Shown here: positions 58,852 to 64,000 of the stretch, one piece after another | Numbering within the stretch: the stretch's first letter is position 1 | How the letters are laid out: every line of letters begins with the position of its first letter | Assembly: GCA_031262405.1 (NCBI GenBank) | Contig: JAISHS010000033.1 | Location: 10,863-74,862, forward strand | Length of the DNA: 64,000 nt | Source of the DNA: Oscillospiraceae bacterium | GTDB taxonomy: Bacteria; Bacillota; Clostridia; Oscillospirales; Oscillospiraceae | Direction: 5' to 3' | Notes under the pieces: generated by a model | What the model was told of the DNA's origin: nothing | The model's database searches: none | What the model saw: the letters and a program-made list of their open reading frames with translations, nothing else | Program-made: the position numbers and the translations under genes

Positions 58852-58920
58852 AGATAATAGATAATAAATAATAGATAATAGATAAAAGCTAGGAGTTGCG
58901 CTAATGCGCGACTCCTAGCT
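58852..58920 (+). repeat. Heptamer array (agataat x2, aaataat, agataat, agataaa) plus a 15-bp hairpin agctaggagttgcgc/gcgcgactcctagct
   Basis: Read directly. Confidence 0.9.
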
Positions 58921-58924
58921 ATGT

Positions 58925-60055
58925 CTATTTATCTTCATCTGCCTCGATACTTTCCAGTAGTTTTAAAAGGCTCTTGTGAACTGCGTTCGGGTCCAGAGTC
59001 GCCTTCACCTGAGCGGTTGTGTTCAGCACTTCTTCCTTCCGCTGCTCGTAGGCGTCGATTAGGGCTTGCTGCGCCCCCTGATTGGGATTTGCTCCGACTT
59101 TGTTTCCCACACTCAGCGCCGCAATGAAATCTGACATCCCGCGGTAATACTCCATATTCAGCTTACCGTCTTTCATCGGACTCAGTCCCTTGCCTACGCT
59201 GTTTTCGAATAAGTATTGATAGTCTATTACCAAATCCATCGGTGCGGGTTCGCCTCCGGCGGAGACAGTGTTGCGCCTCAGATAGCCGGGGATGGGGTCG
59301 TTTTTATAAATCCCGTCTACCTTGTAGCCCTGCTCACGCAAGGTCTCTTTCTTATAGAGCTTCTGCACCGCCTCTAGAAACGCCTCTTTGTCGGCGCTGT
59401 CGGTGATGAGTTCGTCCGCTATGCTCTGCGCGTTTAATAGAGCGGTCTCGCGCAGCGTGACGCGCTCCGTGAGCGTAGCCGCCTTCTCGCCGACAACTCT
59501 ACCCTCCAAGCCCTCTACAAGGTCTCTTGCGATGTTATATTCATTATCTGTGTAGGCGTTAAGCGCATTTCGCATATTGGTTCTGGCGATTCCATCGGAA
59601 TTTTTCGTTCTTAAATATTCCTTTTCGGCTTCGTCCAAAATCGACCGTTGCTGAGCTTGAAAATCCTCTGTTGTCATTTTGAGCTGCCGAGCCATATCCG
59701 GGTCGTCAATGACGATGTCGACAAGCTCATTGAACTCACTTTGGCTCAATTCAATGCGCTCAAACTCGAAGATGGATTCCTCTTCGGTGAGCAAGCGAAA
59801 TAAAGGCTCCGACTCCTTGGCGGCTTCGGATTTCTGCCGCGCCTCATCCGAAATTTCAACTGTCGCCGCCGGTTCGTCGGTCGAGTCGAGCCGCTCGGCG
59901 TTTTTATTGTTCACCCAGCCGAGGTGCTTGCCGTTATTCGTCTTTCCGGATTCCTCCGTCGCCGGGGCCTCTTGTGTTTTCCGGCGAATAAGGGTCGTAT
60001 ACCCGCCCTTATAGCTCGTGATGCTCATGAGGTTCGTCATATCTATGGATAACAT
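58925..60055 (-). CDS. Hypothetical protein (376 aa, acidic, helical-looking, no signal peptide)
   Basis: A long ORF with coding-like composition but lower G+C. I recognised no family or motif. Confidence 0.55.
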   Translation of the reverse strand: MLSIDMTNLMSITSYKGGYTTLIRRKTQEAPATEESGKTNNGKHLGWVNNKNAERLDSTDEPAATVEISDEARQKSEAAKESEPLFRLLTEEESIFEFERIELSQSEFNELVDIVIDDPDMARQLKMTTEDFQAQQRSILDEAEKEYLRTKNSDGIARTNMRNALNAYTDNEYNIARDLVEGLEGRVVGEKAATLTERVTLRETALLNAQSIADELITDSADKEAFLEAVQKLYKKETLREQGYKVDGIYKNDPIPGYLRRNTVSAGGEPAPMDLVIDYQYLFENSVGKGLSPMKDGKLNMEYYRGMSDFIAALSVGNKVGANPNQGAQQALIDAYEQRKEEVLNTTAQVKATLDPNAVHKSLLKLLESIEADEDK

Positions 60056-60132
60056 AAGCCAATTCCTCCTTGCCTAATACTCTCCTATTTCGATTATCGG
60101 TTGATAGTTGGGTAAACTTAACTGTAAACGCA

Positions 60133-60173
60133 AAAACTCCGCAGCGATTTTCACCGCTGCGGAGTTTTGTTTT
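60133..60173. terminator. Bidirectional terminator
   Basis: 14-bp stem aaaactccgcagcg / cgctgcggagtttt with T-runs on both strands. Confidence 0.65.
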
Positions 60174-60177
60174 ATGT

Positions 60178-60233
60178 GTCGCGCTTTGCGCGACTCCACC
60201 TATCTATTATCTATTATCTTTTATCTATTATCT
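60178..60233 (-). repeat. Minus-oriented element: heptamers agataat agataaa agataat agataat agatagg plus hairpin gtcgcgc/gcgcgac
   Basis: Read directly. The DRTGG gene stop (60228-60230) is in the first unit. Confidence 0.9.
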
Positions 60234-60554
60234 GTTTACAATGCCGCTCGCCAGAGCGGCATTGTAAACCGGCTCCTCCGTCGCCAAAATCACAATCTCT
60301 TCCCTTACGGCGCGCTCGAGCGCGTCTTGAGAGAGCGCGGAGCCGTGGCAGAGCACGATGCAGGCACAGTCGCTCAGCGCGGCGACCGCGACGGCGTTTA
60401 GATTTCCCATCACAGTAAACCAGGCGTCCCCCCGGGACACGCGGCTCATCGCCCAGCTGAGCAGGTCGCCCGCGAACGCACCCTCAATCTCCTTCGGCGG
60501 CGCCTCGGTCAGCTTCCTAAAACCGCATTTCGCGGCAAGCTCGTCCGTATTCAT
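60228..60554 (-). CDS. DRTGG domain protein
   Basis: 108 aa. GDLLSWAM...VMGNLNAVAVAAL pattern. It is paralogous to 62296-62649. Confidence 0.65.
   Translation of the reverse strand: MNTDELAAKCGFRKLTEAPPKEIEGAFAGDLLSWAMSRVSRGDAWFTVMGNLNAVAVAALSDCACIVLCHGSALSQDALERAVREEIVILATEEPVYNAALASGIVNR
60234..60269. repeat. Perfect 16-bp palindrome inside the last 13 codons of the DRTGG gene
   Basis: gtttacaatgccgctc gcca gagcggcattgtaaac. Confidence 0.9.
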
Positions 60555-60556
60555 AG

Positions 60557-61831
60557 TTAACCTTCCTTTCCCAGCGCCTTCAAAACGGCCTCCATGCGCT
60601 GCCGCATCAGAATAGTGCAGTCGTCTACCTCGCTATAACCCCTAACTATGTCCTCGGCAAAGGCGCGGCAGGTCGGCGCGCCGCAGCAGCCGCAGTCAAG
60701 GGCGGGAAGCTTCTTTAAAATCTGCTCCATCTGGGTATATTTCTCCATGTTTTCCGTCCGGCTTTTGCCGAGCTGAAACACGGGATTGAATTGCACCAGC
60801 GCATCCCAGAACATCTCGATAGGAATCCGCTCCTCAAGATGGTTCATACTAACGGGGGTGTAGCGGCGCATTTTTTTAATCTTCGCCTTCGCAATATACG
60901 GGTTCTCGACCTGCAGGACTCCGCCGACGCAGCCGCCGGGGCAGACATTCAGCTCGACAAACTCTAAGCTGCTGTACTTCTCGTCCTCGAGGTCCTCGAG
61001 AACCTTAATGACGTTCTCGATACCGTCCGCCGCGAGATAGCTGTCCGTGCTCATGAGCGCGGCAGCCTCGCCGCCGCTCTCCGCCCAGCTCATTCCGATC
61101 CGCCCGACCTTGGCGAGCGTTTCGGTGTCGCCTCCCTTTCTCATCGCGGCAAGCAGCGCCGTATAGACGTCCTTGACGGCGATAGCCCCGTCTACGAAGC
61201 TGACTTGACTTCCCAGCGGCGCGTGCACCGCCGTGACCTTCGCGGGGCAGGGCGTGATGAAGAAGCAGCCGATTTTCTCCGCCGGAAGACCCGTTTTCTC
61301 CATGGCGGCGCGCTTTGCCTCGCGCGCGGCTAATTCCATCGGAGACACCAGCGGAAGAATGTTGTCTATGAGGTGCGGAAAGCGCACGCGGATCAGCCGC
61401 GTCACCGCCGGACAGGCGGAGCTTATCTGCGGACGCTTACCGTCCTTCCATGCTAAAAGCCGCCGTGTCGCGTCGCTAATTAGCTCCGCCGCCGCCCCGA
61501 CCTCAAACACCTCGTCGAAGCCAATAGAGAGCAGCGCGTTTAAAATTATGTCCTGATCGTCCATGTTGTTGAACTGCCCGTAGAGACTAGGCGGGGGCAG
61601 AGCAATTTTATAGGTATAGCCGGATAACTTCTCCAGCGGATCGCTGACTGCCTTTTTCGCGTGGTGCGGACAAACTCTTATGCACTCTCCGCAGTCGACA
61701 CAACGCTCGTTTAGGATGTGCGCCTTGCCGTCGCGCACGCGAATCGCCTCCGTGGGACAGCGCTTTATGCAGTTAATGCAGCCGCGGCACAGCTCGCGAT
61801 CCAGTGCAACAGCGTGAAAATGCTCGGTCAA
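60557..61831 (-). CDS. [FeFe]-hydrogenase-like protein, putative sensory type (2x[4Fe-4S] ferredoxin domain, H-cluster domain, C-terminal CxCCx4C Fe-S domain)
   Basis: The ferredoxin motifs are CRGCINCIKRCP and CVDCGECIRVCP. The H-cluster motif variants are SSACPAV, TPCPAKVTA and ELNVCPGGCVGG. The C-terminal motif is LDCGCCGAPTCRAF. Confidence 0.75.
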   Translation of the reverse strand: MTEHFHAVALDRELCRGCINCIKRCPTEAIRVRDGKAHILNERCVDCGECIRVCPHHAKKAVSDPLEKLSGYTYKIALPPPSLYGQFNNMDDQDIILNALLSIGFDEVFEVGAAAELISDATRRLLAWKDGKRPQISSACPAVTRLIRVRFPHLIDNILPLVSPMELAAREAKRAAMEKTGLPAEKIGCFFITPCPAKVTAVHAPLGSQVSFVDGAIAVKDVYTALLAAMRKGGDTETLAKVGRIGMSWAESGGEAAALMSTDSYLAADGIENVIKVLEDLEDEKYSSLEFVELNVCPGGCVGGVLQVENPYIAKAKIKKMRRYTPVSMNHLEERIPIEMFWDALVQFNPVFQLGKSRTENMEKYTQMEQILKKLPALDCGCCGAPTCRAFAEDIVRGYSEVDDCTILMRQRMEAVLKALGKEG

Positions 61832-61880
61832 TTATCTCATCTCCTCATTTAAAGGGAAGGAATGTATTCGTTCGGCGCCC

Positions 61881-62306
61881 TCAGCAATTAATCTCCATCG
61901 TGACCACAGTGCCCACGCCGGGCGTGCTTTGTATGTCGAAGGAATCTGAATATTTAATCATGTTCGGGATACCCATGCCCGCGCCGAAGCCCAGCGAGCG
62001 AATCTCGTCCGGGGCGCTGCTCCAGCCCTCGCGCTTGGCAAGCTCAATATCCTCAATTCCGGGACCGGAGTCACTCAAAACGAGCTTAATCCGATCGCCG
62101 GAGACTGTAACCTCAATCTCCCCGCCTCCGGCGTGAATCACAAGGTTAATCTCTCCCTCGTAGAGAGAAATCGTGACCTTGCGGATCACGTCCGCCGGAA
62201 AACCCATCGTGCGCAGGCGGCTCTTCAAATCGGCGCTGGCGGTGCCCGCCTGCGTGAAATCGTCGCCCGTGACGGTATAATGAATACGAATCGGCTCAGC
62301 CATCAT
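61881..62306 (-). CDS. RsbW/SpoIIAB-like GHKL serine kinase (anti-sigma regulatory factor family)
   Basis: LSDSGPGIEDIE and GFGAGMGIPNM...STPGVGTVVTMEI. About 141 aa. The start is at one of the tandem ATGs at 62306 and 62303. Confidence 0.7.
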   Translation of the reverse strand: MMAEPIRIHYTVTGDDFTQAGTASADLKSRLRTMGFPADVIRKVTISLYEGEINLVIHAGGGEIEVTVSGDRIKLVLSDSGPGIEDIELAKREGWSSAPDEIRSLGFGAGMGIPNMIKYSDSFDIQSTPGVGTVVTMEINC

Positions 62307-62649
62307 TCTTCGCCCCGCGCAGCCCCGCCTCATAGAGCAGTCCGCAAGCCGTGAACATTGTCATATGGCTTGAGAGAACGACAATGCCCCTCTCGCTTGC
62401 CAAATTTAAAAATGTCTCGTCTGGGATTTTCCCGCGTACCAGACAGATGCAAACCATGTCCATCATGTCGGCGGTTCTCACGACCTGAGGGTTATTCAGC
62501 CCCGTCACCAAAACCGCCTGGTCCTTCACATATGCGAGCACATCGCTCATCATGTCCGCGCCGCAGGCCGCGTGAACCTGCGTCGACAGCTCAAGCTCCG
62601 GCGTCAGAAGCTCCGCGTGCAGCACGCTGCGCACCTCTTTTATAGTCAT
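62296..62649 (-). CDS. DRTGG domain protein
   Basis: GADMMSDVLAYVKDQAVLVTGLNNPQVVRTA pattern. 117 aa. Confidence 0.7.
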   Translation of the reverse strand: MTIKEVRSVLHAELLTPELELSTQVHAACGADMMSDVLAYVKDQAVLVTGLNNPQVVRTADMMDMVCICLVRGKIPDETFLNLASERGIVVLSSHMTMFTACGLLYEAGLRGAKNDG

Positions 62650-62935
62650 CTGCCGTCCTCCAAAAAAAATATAGTGACCAAAAGGCCGAATTGTTGTCTG
62701 CCGACATTATACAGAAAATTCCCCGGTCTTGCAACGGTATTTTACTCCCTGCAAAACAAATTTTGGGTTTATATTTAATTGTTAATTTTGTGAAATTTTC
62801 ATAAAATTTTACAATTTGTTTGGTACAAATTAATTGTCGTATTTTTAACACATTTCTGTTATAATGAGCGTTGACGTGGCAGCGTCGCTTTTTGCGGCGC
62901 GGCGCCGCGCAATTTACGGGAGGTTATCATATAAA

Positions 62936-63427
62936 ATGAGACGCATTTCAACCGTACCGTTCAAGGGTACAAAGCAGCAGGAGCAGGAGCTTTCCGCCTG
63001 GTTTGAGGAGAATCGCGATATGCCCGGCGCGGCGCTGCCGGCACTGGAAAAAGCGCAGGAGATTTATGGCTATCTGCCGATAGAGGTTCAGGAGATGGTC
63101 GCAAAGGCCCTGGACATGCCGCTTGCGGAGGTCTATGGGATAAGCACCTTCTATTCAATGTTCAGCCTGTATCCCAAGGGCGACTATCAAATCAGGGTCT
63201 GCCTAGGTACCGCCTGCTACGTTAAGGGCAGCGGTGATATTTATGAAAATCTTAAGACGAAGCTGGGTATAAACGGCGGCGAGTGCACCCCTGACGGAAA
63301 GTTCTCTCTCGAGGCTTGCCGCTGCATCGGCGCCTGCGGTCTGGCTCCCGTTATGATGATTAACGACGACGTTTACGGCAGACTGACCGTGGACGCGCTG
63401 GACGGCATTATTGCCAAGTACAAATAA
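62936..63427 (+). CDS. NuoE-like [2Fe-2S] subunit of an NAD(P)-linked (bifurcating-type) hydrogenase (HydC-like)
   Basis: Thioredoxin-like [2Fe-2S] cysteines in RVCLGTACYVKG and EACRCIGACGLAP. I place the start at ATG 62936. Confidence 0.8.
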   Translation: MRRISTVPFKGTKQQEQELSAWFEENRDMPGAALPALEKAQEIYGYLPIEVQEMVAKALDMPLAEVYGISTFYSMFSLYPKGDYQIRVCLGTACYVKGSGDIYENLKTKLGINGGECTPDGKFSLEACRCIGACGLAPVMMINDDVYGRLTVDALDGIIAKYK

Positions 63428-63987
63428 TGCAGGAGCTGTCGATGAACGTGCTCGACGTCGCGCAGAACTCAGTCGCGGCGGGCGCAAAGCTTATCGAGAT
63501 AAGCCTTGAAATCGACACTCCCGAGCGGCGCTTGTTAATCGTTATCGCCGACGACGGCTGCGGAATCGACTCTGAGATGCTCAAAACCGTTACAGACCCC
63601 TTCACGACAAGCCGCAAAACGCGGCGCGTCGGTCTGGGGCTGCCCTTCTTAAAGGAAGCGGCGGAGAGCACGGGCGGTGCTCTTAGCATTACGAGCAGCC
63701 CCGGCGTCGGAACAAAGGTAGAGGCTCTCTTCACTCTGGGGCACATTGACCTCATGCCGATCGGCGATATTGCGGGCACAATCACGACGCTTGTTCAGTT
63801 CACCCCCGGTACGGACTTTATTTTCACCGCCCGCGCGGATGAGAGTAGCTTCACGGTGGACACGCGGGAGCTTCGAGAGTTACTGGGACCCGACGTCGGC
63901 TTCGACGTGCCCGAGGTGGCGCGCTGGCTCAATGAATATTTACAGGAAAACACAGCTGAATTTCTAAAAAGGAGTATTATTATATGA
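63427..63987 (+). CDS. GHKL (histidine-kinase-like) ATPase domain protein
   Basis: DDGCGI, GLGLPFL and SSPGVGTKV boxes, with no HisKA domain. It overlaps the upstream stop (TAATG). Confidence 0.7.
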   Translation: MQELSMNVLDVAQNSVAAGAKLIEISLEIDTPERRLLIVIADDGCGIDSEMLKTVTDPFTTSRKTRRVGLGLPFLKEAAESTGGALSITSSPGVGTKVEALFTLGHIDLMPIGDIAGTITTLVQFTPGTDFIFTARADESSFTVDTRELRELLGPDVGFDVPEVARWLNEYLQENTAEFLKRSIII

Positions 63988-64000
63988 AATCATTAGCGGA
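63984..64000 (+). CDS. Start of the next gene in the hydrogenase operon (truncated by the window edge)
   Basis: ATGAAATCATTAGCGGA overlaps the previous stop (ATGA), with aaaggag upstream. It is too short to identify. Confidence 0.3.

Overview
This is a 64-kb, densely coding, high-G+C chromosomal segment from a spore-forming Firmicute. It looks clostridial: spoVT, yunB and spoIIGA-sigE are present. I count about 60 protein genes, almost all housekeeping. They include nadB-nadC, hpf, gatD-murT, ligA, two M42 peptidases, murD, rpe-recR, RNase J, rpsF-ssb-rpsR, a P-type ATPase behind a probable Mn2+ (yybP-ykoY) riboswitch, lplA, a ClpE-like ATPase, ecfA1-ecfA2-ecfT-truA, udp and putP. Regulators comprise three two-component pairs, a hybrid kinase and an ECF sigma/anti-sigma pair. 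An amino-acid ABC transporter is followed by three uncharacterised lipoproteins. At the right edge lies a putative H2-sensing module: a HydS-like [FeFe]-hydrogenase homologue, an RsbW-like kinase and two DRTGG proteins. It is divergent from the start of a NuoE-type hydrogenase operon. I saw no rRNA, tRNA, CRISPR array, transposase, integrase or recognisable defence gene. The most unusual signal is non-coding, because nearly every intergenic gap carries members of three interlocking repeat families. (i) Arrays of about 35 bp made of tandem heptamers (AGATAAT and variants), joined to a GTCGCG...CGCGAC hairpin, occur at 13 sites. (ii) A REP-like hairpin, GGGGATTGCGGGTCAAGCCCGCAATGACGG, recurs with compensatory stem variation. 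(iii) Long perfect palindromes have a left arm that is the coding 3' end of a gene. These elements donate stop codons and C-terminal residues to several genes. All calls come from reading the sequence and the supplied ORF translations by eye. No database search or folding program was run, so family names are recognition-based and start codons are best guesses.
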